64,000 bases of DNA, from NCBI GenBank assembly GCA_965153355.1, contig OZ231126.1, forward strand, positions 12,276,001 through 12,340,000. The letters are read 5' to 3'. Positions 1 to 15,214 of this stretch are shown piece by piece; the first letter of the stretch is position 1, and each line of letters begins with the position of its first letter. The notes beneath the pieces are model-generated. The model made no database searches. It was not told the origin of the DNA and was given only the letters and a program-made list of their open reading frames with translations. The stretch comes from Flaccisagitta enflata (lineage: Eukaryota). A program made the translations under genes and the position numbers.

Positions 1-663
1 TTTGATAATCGTCAGTATTCTGAGCATCTTCACCTCGGTCAGGTTTTGGAAGTTGATGATTGAATGGCGCTCCTCATGATGTCATGGGCCCATCTCACTA
101 TCGAGAAACATCAATTATGGAGGTACACTGCTTCTGAATTTTTTGAGTCACAGACCCCGAATTGGTCGTATCTTAAAGAGCAAAGACAGCTCTTTAAAAT
201 GGGACCAATCTGAGGTCTGTAACTTTATTCGTTTAGAAGCAGTGCTCCACTAAAGTTGATACTTGTTTCACAGAGTTTTTCTCAAATGGTAATGGAAAAA
301 TCGAGTTCTTTTAAAAAGATTTCTCATGGGTGAATGTCTTGGAAACTAACCATAAACAAAGTCAACAGACAAAATCGGAGCTCACGAGCTGCACAAAGCT
401 TTTTTCAGAATTCCATTCTCATAGCTAGCAGCTGAGAAATGTCGTTTTATAATCGGCGTGTTGGCGTGAAAAACCCTGTAGATGAAGTGACGAAAACTTA
501 GGTCTGTTTTGATTTTTTTACCTTGTTTTATAGTATTGTTGTTACATTAAAATTTATATTTAAAAAATGAATATCCGGCTTAGAACTTTTGCAGTAGCGG
601 AATGAGCGGAGGGGCGGGGCTTCGCGTCGAGCCGTAAGGCACTACGTGAACGGTAACGCACTT

Positions 664-1291
664 CAGTTTATGACGCACTGAAATTTAAGTAAGAGGAATT
701 TACCCAGAGAACTAAGTTACCATTCATGTTACTATTTTTACTTAGGTCAATGCTTGTGTTTATTTCTTTATACTTTGAATTGTAAACTTACATGAGGAAA
801 CTCATCTGTCACCGGCAAAGGACAAAAATACAAAAAGATTGAAAAATATTCAATTCTGATGAGACTAAAAAGCGAGTAAGATAGTGACAATTATTTCAGT
901 AACTGCTCACTGAAAATTTTAAATTTGCATTAAGAATCCAAATATCATTAAAATAAGAACATAGCGCCCTCAGTTGATCTTTTAGGAATCGCGCTATGTT
1001 ATTGTTTTCTTGATATTTTGATTTTCTATGCAAATTTAAAATTTTCAATGAGCCATAGTCCCTTGACAAAATGTGTTTTTTGTTGAATTTGGCATATTTT
1101 TTCAGCTGTAAAATAAAGGATTGAAATTTAAAACTGGCATATGCAAGTCAATTCATGCAAAATATGGTTGTTGGTAGTTTTATTAAAAATATCAAAACAA
1201 AAATTTTCATTAAATTTCATTTTATAAATTTCATAACTTATCTAGCTCGGGTAGCAAATTCTATGGTAATTTTCAGTGCGTCTTATGGACA
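664..1291. mobile_element. Degenerate foldback/MITE-like element
   Basis: GACGCACTGAAA near 673 is inverted as TTTCAGTGCGTC near 1271; AT-rich internal hairpin ~905-1052. Ends approximate, no clear TSD. Confidence 0.45.
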
Positions 1292-1706
1292 GGAAAGAAA
1301 AAAATATTTTTAAAAAAATAAGAAGATTGCTTTTCGCACTTTGTTATCTCCGTTTGACGAATGACTGCGAGAATTGTTTAACACTTTCCGAGATCATTTA
1401 TTTTCCAGTTACGAGACGCAAAATGAATCGGCAACTCTTCAGCTTTTTTTCATTCTCAACCCCGCAGTCTTGAGACGACGAGGCGGGGGGGGGGGGGGAA
1501 TTTCTTGCTCTTAAAGTGGCAATGTCTTTGCGTGGCAGACTATGTCACGCAAGGTCTTACATTGACTGACTCCCTTCGCGTTACAGACATTGTCACAAAA
1601 AGTCTTGCAATGACGCTCCCCTAGCGCGGCAGGTTCTTGCCCACACATTCGGTGTGCTGCAAACGTTATGGCTGTAGGCCATGGCTGCTTGCGACAAAAC
1701 CCTTAC

Positions 1707-1760
1707 AAAGTTACTCATGTCAACAAAGTTACTCATGTCAACAAAGTTACTCATGTCAAC
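1707..1760. repeat. 18-bp tandem repeat x3 (AAAGTTACTCATGTCAAC)
   Basis: Three consecutive copies read directly. Confidence 0.9.
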
Positions 1761-2554
1761 ACACGTAACACATTTCGGCCAAATGGAAGAATCCCTCGCG
1801 ATAGTGTCACAGTGCGACTGTCCGTCACGCAAGCAGCGTGCTGCAAAAGATTGGGCGGGACTTAACAATGGATGTGACAAATGATTCTACAGTCCACACG
1901 GCCTTGCATGCACCACCTGACAGTGCGTGCAACCGTACAATTTCGCGCGCCAACGCGAGTTTAATAACGCTCAGCGTTTTCTCTTGACGACGTAATTTTC
2001 TTCGTGCGAGACTCTTTTAAAGTGCACTCTCTCAAACGACATTTTCAGGTTATGAGATTGCTAATGTTTGACTCTTTGAAATGGCATTTTCAGGTAATGT
2101 GAATGTTAATGCTTAACTTTCTATCTCCTCTTCCATCTTCGCTGCGAAAAGTTTGAGGAAGGAGGGGAGGAGAAAGAGGAAGAGAGAGTGTTGGAGTGGA
2201 AAGTAGCGCCATATACTAAGTGGGAGTTAAAGAAGAATTGGAGGCGGCTTAAATCACCCAATTTTGGTGGATTGTTACCGCCTCTGGTTAAGTGTAAGTT
2301 ATTTTCTTCACATATCTTTTATCGGACGGTTTTTGGTGATTTGAGTAAATCCACGAGATTGTGATAAGATAGAAATTTTCTTCGGGCTTTTCCTTTTGCC
2401 CAGTTTTGTCATTAATGATCACTGCATGGAGAATGCCTAGTTAACATATAACGCATCGACAATAACACTGACAAGGCATGAAATTGATCTGTTTTATTTG
2501 TGAAATAAACTAACACTTTTCTGTCTCCATCCTGTGGCTGTTTGGCTCTCCCTC

Positions 2555-2938
<384 letters not shown>

Positions 2939-3091
2939 GACAAAGTATGGCAAAGTATGACAATAAGTTCCTTGCTGCACAAAACTCCCTCTGTAGATAC
3001 AGAGAGGTACAATGGACATGGAAACAGTGATTTAGTTGATGACAATTACAGACATGTGACTATTGATAAGTGAGAAAGTCAGCCAGAAGTA

Positions 3092-3727
3092 AATAGTCGC
3101 AAAAGCGTTAGATGGTCAGCGGTACCCGTTGCCCCTATGTGAGTGTAAGTGGGTGTGAGGTGGTTAGAGGGGCAGCGGCCCCGAAGGGGCCGATGACCTA
3201 TGCTGTTTTTATTTGGGCCTCAAGGATGGAATTAGGGCCTGAAGGCTGGAATTGGGGTCTTGAGGCTTAGATTAGGGCCTTGAGGCTGGGATTTGAGCTT
3301 CGAGGCTTGGATTTCAGCTTCCAGGCTAAGATTCAAGCTTCGAGGCTGGGATTTGAGCTTTGAGGGTGGCATTTGAGCTTCAAGGATGGGATTTGAGCTT
3401 CAAAGCTTAGATTTGAGCTTTGAGGCTAGGATTTGAGCCTCAGGGCTGGGATTTGAGCTTCAGGGCTGGGATATGAGCCTCAGGGCTGAGATTCGAGCCT
3501 CAAGGCTGGGATTTGTGCCTGGAGACTGAGATTTGAGGCTCAGGGCTGGGATTTGAGCTTCGTAGCAGGGATTTGAGCCTCGAAGCTAGGATTTAGGTCT
3601 CATGACTAGGATTTGGGCCTTGAGGGGGGGGGACGGAGAAGAAGAAGAAGAAGAAGGAGAAGAAGGAGAAATTTCCCCTGTATGTGAAAGCATAGGTCAC
3701 CGGCCCCTTCGGGGCCGCTGCCCAAAA
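3092..3727 (-). mobile_element. Non-autonomous element with asymmetric inverted repeats and internal 21-bp minisatellite (HINE/Helentron-like; related to 63477-64000)
   Basis: GGGCAGCGGCCCCGAAGGGGCCGATGACCTATGCT (3170-3204) is inverted at 3689-3723, which abuts an A-run. The other copy lies ~80 bp inside the inferred far end. Interior is a ~21-bp repeat (GATTTGAGCTTCGAGGCTGG-like). Confidence 0.7.
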
Positions 3728-3764
3728 GAATAGAAATGTTGTCATGACTCGATAAATTTGCCGT

Positions 3765-3823
<59 letters not shown>

Positions 3824-4135
3824 AGTGTGTGATGCGCGTGGATATCTTTCAAACGAAATCCACTTAAGAAGAAATTGCATTTATTTTCAAATTATTTCAT
3901 AATCGCGTCATTTATAATTGAATCTTCTGGCGTGTGTGACAGCTTGGAATTCGGAAGCAACCTTTTTAACTATTTGTGACTAACTTGCCCGTGTTGTCAT
4001 CATTCATTAATCATTAACATACTTGCGTTCATGTGGTGTGCCTTGTCATCTTTGTTCCCGTTGAGAAGAGGAGGGTGGTGGTTGCCGGGCGGTAATCTTA
4101 TCCATTTGGTTACTTAAAAGAATATGTTAGTACAT

Positions 4136-4312
4136 TAGTTGCACCCCGTTATAACGGAACCAAGAGTACCAAAAATCCGCCTATAACCGAAAATTTTTTC
4201 TGTCCCTTCATTTTGGAATTCATTAAGAATTTCTCGTATTGGCAATTGCGGGAATCCGCCTATCATATGAAATATGTTAGTCCCTTGACATCCGTTAATG
4301 CGGGGTTGTTTG
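4136..4312. mobile_element. Degenerate pogo/Tigger-like MITE
   Basis: CACCCCGTTATAACGGA ... TCCGTTAATGCGGGGTTG imperfect TIRs, right end followed by TA; related remnant at ~18575-18670. Confidence 0.5.
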
Positions 4313-4510
4313 TAGCACAATTTAGGTCAACACGATCTGTCCGTCCGTCCGTAGCACCTTGACTTGTAGGAATGTCCTGTAGACACCTTCGTTGGCCATG
4401 GGTCGTGTTCTCCCTCACTAGACATCTCACTACATCTACACTATGTCGTGCAAGATAGTTCATGTTTCCAAAAACAAATGAAATCAACGCTTTTAATTCT
4501 TGTTCATCAG

Positions 4511-4696
4511 GCCAATCTACAACGACCGCGGGATCTGACGACGAAGACTCTACGTTTCATCGCGGACTTCAGTCGGCTTCGTTTTCCGCGCGCGTCAAAA
4601 GGACTCGTGATCATTTCGACCACTTCATCGCTCATTTCCTGCATGGAGACGAAAATGAAACTACGGATGATCAAGAAAAACGATCTATTGGCAAAG
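4511..4696 (+). CDS. Internal coding exon of unidentified + strand gene (phase 1 to 1; QSTTTAGSDDEDSTFHRG...EKRSIGK)
   Basis: TCATCAG acceptor, AAG|GTGAGT donor, open frame, non-repetitive; phase-compatible with the exon at 5055. Confidence 0.7.
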
Positions 4697-5054
4697 GTGA
4701 GTATATAACATGGTGTGCAAAAAATTTGGCAAAAACATAAAAGCACAAAAACCACACTTCTTGATGGCCCAGTAATACGAAATTTGGGGTATAGCCTCCT
4801 AATTAGTTCTACTAGATGTTAGAATGTGCCGTTTTTCATAAGAATAATCTTGGTTGGCAAAGGAATGAATTATACTCTGGTCAAACTTTCCCATTTCACA
4901 GAATTTTTACCAGCAAGCTGGAAGTTTTTCTTCAAATCATTCTCCTGTCTAAACGGTTTGAGCTACAGATGCCAGATTAGTCTCAAATGAAAGATATTTT
5001 CTTTCATTTGAGTCCATCTCACGATCATTGTTTTGTCGCTGATTTTCTCCGCAG

Positions 5055-5275
5055 ATGTCATACCATCGTCGTCATCGACAGGTCGACGGAGAATTTCTCT
5101 TGGCAGCACGTCTTCATCATCTTACAGCGGTCCATCAGCATCTTACAACGGGTCCTCAGTGGGAAATGCGGAAGGCGCTTGCGAAAGTCGACGCTTTATA
5201 TCGTCGACGAGCGGATTGGAGGGATCTTCGCGCGTCCGACGATCCGCATCATCTTTGACCGAAGAATCAATTTTG
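5055..5275 (+). CDS. Internal Ser-rich coding exon (phase 1 to 0; DVIPSSSSTGRRRISLGS...LTEESIL)
   Basis: TTCTCCGCAG acceptor, TTG|GTGAGT donor, open frame continuing the previous exon. Confidence 0.7.
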
Positions 5276-7120
5276 GTGAGTTTATGCTTATTCGGAATTT
5301 ATCAAATAATTGCGGTTAGCGACAAATTGAATTGCACATACCGAGTGCATCTTTGACAGACAATATAATACGTAATGGTGAGTTGGGTATCTTTAGTGCT
5401 GGGGGTGGGGAAGGGGGTGGGGATCGAACTCTTGGGATAAGGGTGGAGATCCATTTGAGATTTAGGTAAGGGGCCCTCACTGAGGGGGATAGGAAGTTTT
5501 ACTGTACGGTTTGGATGTTGTCCGGAGGGGGGATTGAGTGTTGTGGCTTATGGGGAGGCTGGGAGGGGGATGGAGTGTTGCGAAGGGATGCCATTGAAGG
5601 GAAATGGGGGAAATAATGTTGAGGCGAAGGGGTCAGGATGTTTGAGGGAGGGTGGTCGTGTTTTGCGGGCAGGAAGATCGAGTGTTGTGGAGACTAGAGA
5701 GGGAGATTTAATGTCGAGGGGGGGGGGTCAGGAATGTTTCGGGGTGAGTGGTGGGGGGTTGATTATTTTGGGGGTGAATGGTGAGAGATTTCCACGAACT
5801 TTCGAATTTGCTTGATGTTTGTATTCAATCCGAGATAGATTATCATTCTTTCCTTCTTTGAACTTTTTGCTTCGCTTTTGAGATTTGGCTTTTTTATATT
5901 TCCTTGTTGGACATTCTCTCACGCATTACTTCTTATCTTTCATCCTCCTAAAGTTGAAAAGAGGTAACTTTTAATAGTGCGTTATGGTCGTCTTGTCTAT
6001 CGGTGTGTCGGTCGGTTGGTTGGTCTTTCTTGTAGGTAACAACTGTAAACTATCTGTGATTAATCGATCATGTTCGCATGTCGGACGGCGAAGTGGTTCA
6101 TTTGGTCTTGCATTAGTTCTTATATTTCATCCCCCTGAAGGCGCACTCCTCTAATGTTGATTCTTTCTTCAGGTTGAAACATTCTTTTTGGAAGGTCTAA
6201 CATCCCCTTGCAGTGTTTTTTTCCTCATTACGAGTTCAAGAGAATATGTGTTTAAAAGGTTATGTCCGTCCGCCCTTCGGTTGGTTGGTCGCTAGGAAAC
6301 TCATTCGTTTGTCTCCCTCTCTTTGTTCTTCTATGCCATTTTAGCCCTCTCCAGTCTCCACGTCGTTTACACCCACCGTTGGCCATGTTTTTCCTCCTTT
6401 TCTTCATTCTTTCTCTTTTATCATGTTTTTCGGTGTGTTTCTCAGTTCTCTTTCTTTATTTTTTTCTTATTTACCTTTTCTTTTTCCCTTTTCTTTTTTT
6501 TCTTTTCCTTTTTCTTTTTTTTTTCTTTTTTGCGCTAAGCCTTCTGTTGAAGGAGAGGCGACAAATTTTTGAAATGTTTCGGCGAATCCATGAAATATCG
6601 TCAAAACCTGTGGAAGGACAAGGAGGAGGAAGAGGAGGAAGAGGAGGAGAAAGAAGAAGTGTTGAGGGATTTATTGTTAAAATGTCTGACAGAAAAGTGA
6701 GGAGATTTCCAATGTGTGGTTTTCATGACGAGGTGACGAATCTCCGTTATTTCCTTCTTTTCTTTTTTCATCTTTTTTTTCTGCTTTACTATCCATCTGT
6801 CGTTATTTGTCTGTCTTTATATGTCTTTATCTGTCATCCTCTTCATCTGTACGTATGTATCTTTACGTATGTATCTGTCTTTTTGTCCGCTTTGCCATTT
6901 CTAGATAAAATTCATTGTTCAATGAATTCACTTATCAGTAATCTGATAAATGATTTTTTGTACTTAACTGATAAATGAATGTATTGTAATTAACGAAAAT
7001 TCTTCTTTCATTTGTCACTTCAAGTGTACTTTTAGTATCGAAACCTCGTTGACAAGTTTCAGCTTAAAGGCGAGAGAGAGAGAGTGTGAGTGGCTGTGAG
7101 TACGAGTGTGTGTTTGTGTG

Positions 7121-7195
<75 letters not shown>

Positions 7196-7689
7196 TAGAG
7201 ACGGAGATATAGAGACATAGAGACAGAGACATAGAGACAGAGACATAGAGACAGAGACATAGAGACAGAGACATAGAGACAGAGACATAGACATAGAGAC
7301 AGAGACATAGAGACAGAGACATAGAGACAGAGACATAGACATAGACATAGAGACATAGAGACATAGAGACAGAGACAACGACAGAGACAAAGAGAAAGAC
7401 AGAGACAAAGACAGAGACAAAGACAGAGACAAAGACAGAGACAGAGACAAAGACAGAGACATACAGAAACAGAGAAAAGGTTGCGGTTGTTTTAGGAATT
7501 TTTACATCGTCACCTTGGCTTAGAATATGATTATCTATTAAGGATACACGTTCAGTTGAGATAAAAACACCAAAAAACGCAAAATACTTTCCCACAGCAC
7601 AAGTTTTCACTCTAATCCCTTTCTCTCGCTACTTTTCCTTCTGTGCTCCCATCTCCATTGCCACTTAGTGACTCTCTCTGTCTGTCTGA

Positions 7690-7835
<146 letters not shown>

Positions 7836-8064
7836 TTGCCTTTCGTTTTGCCTAAAAGTGTCCAAGTGTCAGAGTGGATGAAAGCGAGAGAAAGATTTCC
7901 TTTTTTTGTTTACTTGATGTCCTCTTTGGGTTCAGAGGTCAACTCTTTCCAAGAAAACAGCGACGCTCTTCGGTGGAGAGATGCAAACAAATGCGCAAGA
8001 CAAAACTCTTCCTGTTTTCACGCCCTTCATGCCAAATCTCTCCTTTTCTATTTTCCTTTAAAAG

Positions 8065-8125
8065 CTTCTTCTTACTCTCCATCACAAACACAGTCCAGCA
8101 GCCATAGACACAGTTCCAGTTCAAG
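8065..8125 (+). CDS. Possible small Ser-rich exon (SSYSPSQTQSSSHRHSSSS)
   Basis: Polypyrimidine tract + AAAG acceptor, AAG|GTAACT donor. Phases (1 in, 2 out) do not directly match the neighbouring called exons. Confidence 0.35.
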
Positions 8126-8611
8126 GTAACTAACCTGACTGTCATTTCTGTCACAGGGCCTCAGATATGTTCACAGTTATAAAACGCCATGGCTTCAGAT
8201 TCACAATAACAATAGAACAAGTATTATTGTCTCATGCCTAAAGCTCATATTGCATATTGTATCCACAGACTTCCAGGAATACGGCATGTCTATATCTGGT
8301 GAGCGCAACAATCCTAGTTTAAGGTCTTCATACTTTTGACTATCATAACAACGGACCTGAAGGTGCTGAGAAATTTTATTTGTCACAAGTGGATTATATC
8401 ATTACTGTGAAATAAATGAACGAAATGAACATTTTCCTAGAAACCGAGGTTCTAGATCCGATCCTCGGAAAGCGAAGCGATGTGTTGTTTCTTCCATTTA
8501 GGAAAGCGAAGGCTGCAAGAGACCCAAAGTGGAATTTACGGGCTCAACTTCAAATTGACTGATGATTGAGGAAATGCAACGCCACACAACGAGAGAGAGA
8601 GCGAGAGCGAG

Positions 8612-8672
<61 letters not shown>

Positions 8673-8726
8673 CCGACCAGAGATAGCCAGTGGACAAGTA
8701 GGGTTGATGCATGGTTGGGAATGACG

Positions 8727-8772
<46 letters not shown>

Positions 8773-9527
8773 GCTCAATGGTCGTTACGATGCCCTCGAG
8801 GCTTAACTTGGATTCTGATGTCTCAATGCCTCATTGACGCTGTTATTCTCTCGCCCGCGCTCAAAAGAGTTAAAGAGATAGCTTTAGAATGGAGGAGGGG
8901 GAGAGGGGGGAGGAGTGGGAGAGTTGGGAAAGAAAGGGGATGCGAGTTAGAGATATAGCTTTGGAGCGAGGGAGGGGGAGAAGGGATGGGATGGGAAGAT
9001 CATAGGATGTAAGGGGGGTGGGGAAGAAAGGGATGTAAAGGAAAAGGTATAAGAGTAAGAGCAGTGTATGAGGGTGGAGGGGGAACAGTGGGGGAATGAA
9101 ATAGAAATGGATTGGATATTGGAGGTAAAGGAGTATGTAATGGATAGGGGAGGGAAAGGGGATGAGGGTAAGAGGAAAAAATAGCTTTGGAAAGAATGGG
9201 GATTGTGCTGGAGGCTAATTGGCGGGGGAAAGTGGTGAAGGGGGGGGTGTTGGAGGTACGAGTAAAATGATCCTAGATATTATGGATGGGGTGTAGGTCT
9301 TGCTAGGGAGATGAAAGTCGTGAAATTCAGATTTGGGTAGAGGGGAAGCGGAGTGATATTGGGTGATGAGCTCTGACTTAGCGTTAGTTAGAGATGGGCA
9401 AGATCAAGACAGTTGTCAAGTCGGAAAGAGAGAGTGGAAAGGATTGAGAGGCTAAAAGTAAAACGGAGGGGAAGGCCGGAGAATCTTCATGGCAGTTATC
9501 CTGCCACTAAATGCGATGGGAGGATTC

Positions 9528-9609
<82 letters not shown>

Positions 9610-10210
9610 ACTCATTGTGCGGGTAGGGTCAAAAGACTTAAGGGAAGGTTGTCTATGATCTCATCTGAGGGGGTCCGTAAGTTCAATGAAGCCTCATACT
9701 GCGCGTAGTGGTCGTGGTTGTGCGATGATGTAGGATGAGTGAGGATGGGAATGAATTTGGGGGCGAGGGGGTAGAGTGGGGATGGGACGGGGTTTCGATC
9801 GGCAAACAATCCTTTTCTAGTCCTATCGAGTCATAACCGCGCGGAAGAGGGGGGGGGGTGGACGCGGTTCTGATCGGCAAAAAGTCCTTTTCTGGTCGTA
9901 AAGAGTCATAACCGCATGAATGACCTTTGGCGAAGCCAACAATTCGAAAGCAGATTTATCTCAAGGACGCAAAATGGGCAGAAAAGAGAGAAAATCGCGC
10001 GCATTTAAACACAAGCTTTGCATGCACTGAGAGTGCACACGTTTGACTTGCATGTGTCGCTGTGACATGCGACATATATGATGTTTAACACGCATGTTGG
10101 ACTCGCGTGTGACGCTGTGACTTGACATGTTTGACTCGTAGCTTGTTGAATAGTAGTCAGTAGTGTTTTGCAGGTCTGTCATGATCTAGTTACTTTACCA
10201 TTGCTTCTTT

Positions 10211-10362
10211 TTAGATGCGTCATCGCATCTCTACAAGAGGGTCTGTCCTTCCATCCGTCTGTCCGTCAGTTGGCTGGTCCGTTTGTCTGTCCATCTGTCC
10301 ATCCGTTGCGTCGCCTCTAATATCACGCTGATAACGCATTGAGTTCCCCGCCTGGGCTTGTT
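10211..10362 (+). mobile_element. HINE-like element, family A (AGATGCG hairpin)
   Basis: T-run + AGATGCGTCATCGCATCT hairpin, GTCC/GTCT microsatellite, ends GGGCTTGTT. Confidence 0.75.
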
Positions 10363-10393
10363 TCTCTTGAATCAAGCATCCCTAGCCGCGGTT

Positions 10394-10601
10394 TTAAGTC
10401 GCATGCACGCGACTCTACAACCCACTTTGTCCGTCGGTTGGTCAGTTGGTTGGTCGGTCAGTTGGTTGGTTGGTCACATTTTACTTTTTTTATGATCTTA
10501 TTTTTTTGACCTCACTGCTCCTGCCCAAATGGTCTAGTGATCTCAAATATGGCCCCTGCCCACCCGCACGCTACTTCGGTAGCCGTGTATCCAGCCTTGT
10601 T
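10394..10601 (+). mobile_element. HINE-like element, family B (AGTCGCG hairpin)
   Basis: Aligns by eye end to end with 45291-45490 and 53417-53602; ends AGCCGTGTATCCAGCCTTGTT. Confidence 0.85.
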
Positions 10602-11164
10602 TTCTGTCGAGTATGTTCTACTTAACCTATTAACCCAGAGGAGGTGCTTTTTATCCTCTCTTATTCATATGCATCATTAATTCGACGCTTAGCTCTTTAT
10701 GGGTTCTTTCATACCCCCACCAGCGCATCTCATGCCCCCCCCCCTCCTGCGCAGTAACTTGTTCTCAAACCTTACCCATGCCTAGGCTTCATTCTGATTG
10801 ACGGCGTTATCAATGCTAATTCCCACACCCCAGATTGATGTCAACTTGATCGTCCATTACGCCTCCCTCATCACCCTAAACTAAAGATCCAGCCTCTATC
10901 TCTACCACATCTACCTTTACTTGATCTACCATTGAGCTATCAATTTTAGGACCAATACTTATAGCACCAGCCCCCCCCCCCCCCATCCCCCTAAACTGAA
11001 GATGCACATGTTGTGTGTTAATCCTCCACTACCATATATCAGGATCTGCGTTTGCTGTCAAAGCCTCAAATTCACTCCAAAGTCATTTCCCGCCATTTTC
11101 TTTCTGCTGTTTGCTTTTCGAGAATCAAAACATTCTTTGTCTCTCACGAGGGAGAGAGAGAGAG

Positions 11165-11333
<169 letters not shown>

Positions 11334-11879
11334 TAAAAGAGAAAGCGCCAAACTAAGGATGAAAGCGGACAGAAAGTGAGGGCGGTTTGCTGTGTGAAGA
11401 TGGGAGAAAAGGCAGGAATAAAGGAATGCAAAGACTCATTCAGAGTTAGAGAAAGAAGGTACTCACCTACATAGAGTGATGCCTGAATTAGTGCAAAATT
11501 TGCTCCTTTGTGTTTCCTCAGGCTTGACGCGTCGGACAGCTTTTACATCAGATGGGATAAAATTGACTTAATTGATGATGACTTTCCTTAATTTGCTGGA
11601 AATTTTCTTGTCATATCGGCTTACTCACTACTCAGTAATTGTCTCTATCCACTTTCATGCCTCTCCGTCTCTCAATACTTACTTTCTTTCGTGCACCCAT
11701 AGTTGCCTTCTGTCCTTCTGTCTTTCTATCTTTCTGCCTTCTGTCTTTCTCATAGGTTGTTCCTCTTTTCGTTTCTGTCCTAGTTATGCCTCCCGTTTGT
11801 CTGTACCCGTCTTACATATTCTTTCTCTCCTGCGGTCTTTTTGAGTCTCTCAGTCTGTCTCTGTTTGTCTGTCTGTCTG

Positions 11880-11976
<97 letters not shown>

Positions 11977-12146
11977 TTGCGTCGGCATGGTGCGCATCGA
12001 CGCGCGTCGGCGAGCGTCAGTGCGGTGCGCTTCAGTGCGGTGCGCGTCGGTGCAATACGCGTCGGTGCGCATGCGTTCGTGCGGTTTTCTCGCTGTCTCA
12101 CGCCGTTTGTGCCTCGAGCGCTCGTGCGGGGGATTAAAAGGGGAAC

Positions 12147-12210
<64 letters not shown>

Positions 12211-12765
12211 CACACACACACACACAGACAGAGAGAGAGAGACAGACAGACAGACATACAGACAGACAGACAGAGAGAGAGAGAGACAGACAGAGAGAGA
12301 CACACAGACTGAGAGAGACAGAGAGAGAGAGACAGACTGAGAGAGACAGAAAAAGAGAGAGAGATAGACAGACAGAGAGACACAGAAAGCGACAGAATCA
12401 GGCGAATGAGTGACGCGCAGATAGACAGTGATCGATGCCGGAAGATTCCATCCGTGACAGCCCGAGTTAACAGCCGCTGACCAATCATCATTTGCAGTGG
12501 CAGATTTACTTGGAAACTATTTAGAGACGCACGTTCACAGTTGCTCACTCGTTCAAACACGGAAGTACACGCAATCACACCCATGTACGTTCTTGGATAC
12601 TGGTTAAGATATACACTCACATCTTCAACTACGTGCATAATTTACATACACAATGTGTGTATTACACAATACACATACACTTACGGCGCTCTAAAGAACA
12701 ATAAACCAGGGAATACGGACGGGTAAGTTGGGGCGTATGCTCGTAGATTATCCCTCCTGACAGTG

Positions 12766-12853
<88 letters not shown>

Positions 12854-13065
12854 AGGACCGATGGATGTATTGACAGACGGACAGCATCCTCATTGAGTTG
12901 CGCATCCGCACCTGAAAATATACACATGCATTGTCCATCTGGGCTCCAGACTAACTCAGTCTTTCATTTACAGCAACACAGTTGAATGCAGTCACAGCTA
13001 AACACATGAGGCACGCGCGCCCGAGTGAAATTAAGGGGACTCCCCTGAACTGAGTGTGGACAGAA

Positions 13066-13155
<90 letters not shown>

Positions 13156-13793
13156 GAGAAAGAGAAAGAGACAATGACGGAGACAGACAGAGATACAGAG
13201 AGTGAGTGAGTGAGTGAGTGAGTGACAGAGACAGAGACAGAGATACAGAGATACAGAGACAGAGATTCAGAGACAGAGATACAGAGACAGAGAGAGAGAG
13301 ATAGATAGACAGAGAGAGAGAGAGAGACAGACAGAGAGAGAGAGAGACAGAGATAGAGAGACAGAGATACAGAGACAGAGATAGAGAGACAGAGAGAGAC
13401 AGACAGACAGAGACTACACGAAGACTCAAAGAGATCAAACGACGTGGAATCCAAGTGATAAAAGAAGAGAAATAAATGCGACAGAAGTAAGACAAATGTT
13501 CCCTCCAACTCGTGAGGTCCGGTGTTTAACGGGGTTTAAGAACGTCGTTTAGGTTTTCAGAGATTCATCTAAATCTAATCCAAACGGTCGTAAAGTCCGA
13601 CGCACGCACATCGTCAATCCGTCCGTCCGTGAAAGGTCACGTGATCGGGGTCACGTGGTCAATCAGTTGGTCGCGTGCGTCAGTTGAATCCAGATTTTGC
13701 GTGATCAAAAAGGATTAACAGCGTAAAAGGCTTTGCTCAACCTCTGGTTAAACAAAGTCAATTTGATGGCAATGTCCTTTCTCCCCGTTCGTG

Positions 13794-13894
<101 letters not shown>

Positions 13895-13922
13895 TTTTTG
13901 CATTTGAGCATTGTCCATGAGA

Positions 13923-14005
<83 letters not shown>

Positions 14006-14863
14006 TGTCTGTGTGTGTGTCTGTGTGTGTGTCTGTGTGTGTGTCTGTGTGTGTGTCTGTGTAAGAGTGCGATATCGTATGATTTGCGTCAAGGTTACAG
14101 TTATGTTGATGTAGCTATTATCCGTTATGCATTTTTCATTCGACAGTCGTTTCAATTTCAACCTCAGGACTAATTAAGCATCAATACTGATTGTTCATTG
14201 AAATAAGGCTTTGTTATATGATAGGTGAAGTTGAGTTGGAAACCTTAGTAGTTTGTTGGGTAAGTCTTCAAACTTCACATTGAGGAACCATTCTTGCGCT
14301 TTGCTATGCTACAGCCCTGAATGACCTGAGGAGTTCCTTGAGACACCATCTTATGTCACCGCCAAACTCATTCTTATCGCAAACGCCGTTGCATTTCATT
14401 CCAGAGCCATACCTTTTTGCACTATCTTTGCCAACAGAACCCATCATGTTTCTTTCCATACAAACGCGGCTCCTCATGTCACTTTTCACGCAGCTCTCCC
14501 TATTTCAACGCCCCCCCCCCTTCTTCCTTCCCTCACACGTCACATCTATTGGCACGTGGCACGTGGCCCACAACCAAAGGCACACACACGTCACACACAC
14601 ACACACACACAAACGCACACACACACACACACACACACATGTCAACGCCATCTCTTCTCTCTTCTCCTTCCGACGTGTTGGCAATGGCTGGGGACAAAAT
14701 TTTCTGCGTCCCATTTTTCGTTTTCCGTTTGAATTTATGTATTCGTGCTGTTTTGGGGGCTCATCCTTCTTCCTCCTCTTCCTCCTACTCTTCCTCTTCA
14801 TACTCCTCCGTGCTGTTTTGGGGGCTGGATCGTTTGCGTTTCACCCGCTGCCAAGTACGTTTT

Positions 14864-14909
<46 letters not shown>

Positions 14910-15214
14910 TCAGACATGACATAAAACTAGTCAGGCCCTACAACCGAAACTTGCTGGGCTGCGGCAGTTATCCTAAAGCTGTTAGGTCTTTAGGCAGGGG
15001 CGATGATGAAAATGTCGTCGCTCGCTTGCATGCTATACTGAAACTTGAAGTACTATCAGATTAACGGATTGACAGACGGACATAGCGTTTCATTAGAATT
15101 CGTTAGAAATACAACGCTCGATTAAAAGAAAGAGCGACCTGGTTTCAAGAGTAGGATAGCAAGAAATGGAGACAGCGAAGGAGACGCTGGGGATAGAGAG
15201 GGAGACGCAGGGAA

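Noticed and set aside
4511-5275. Neuropeptide precursor (RVKR, KR, RVRR sites)
   Set aside because: No signal peptide visible and no repeated or amidated peptides; basic pairs are common in disordered regions.
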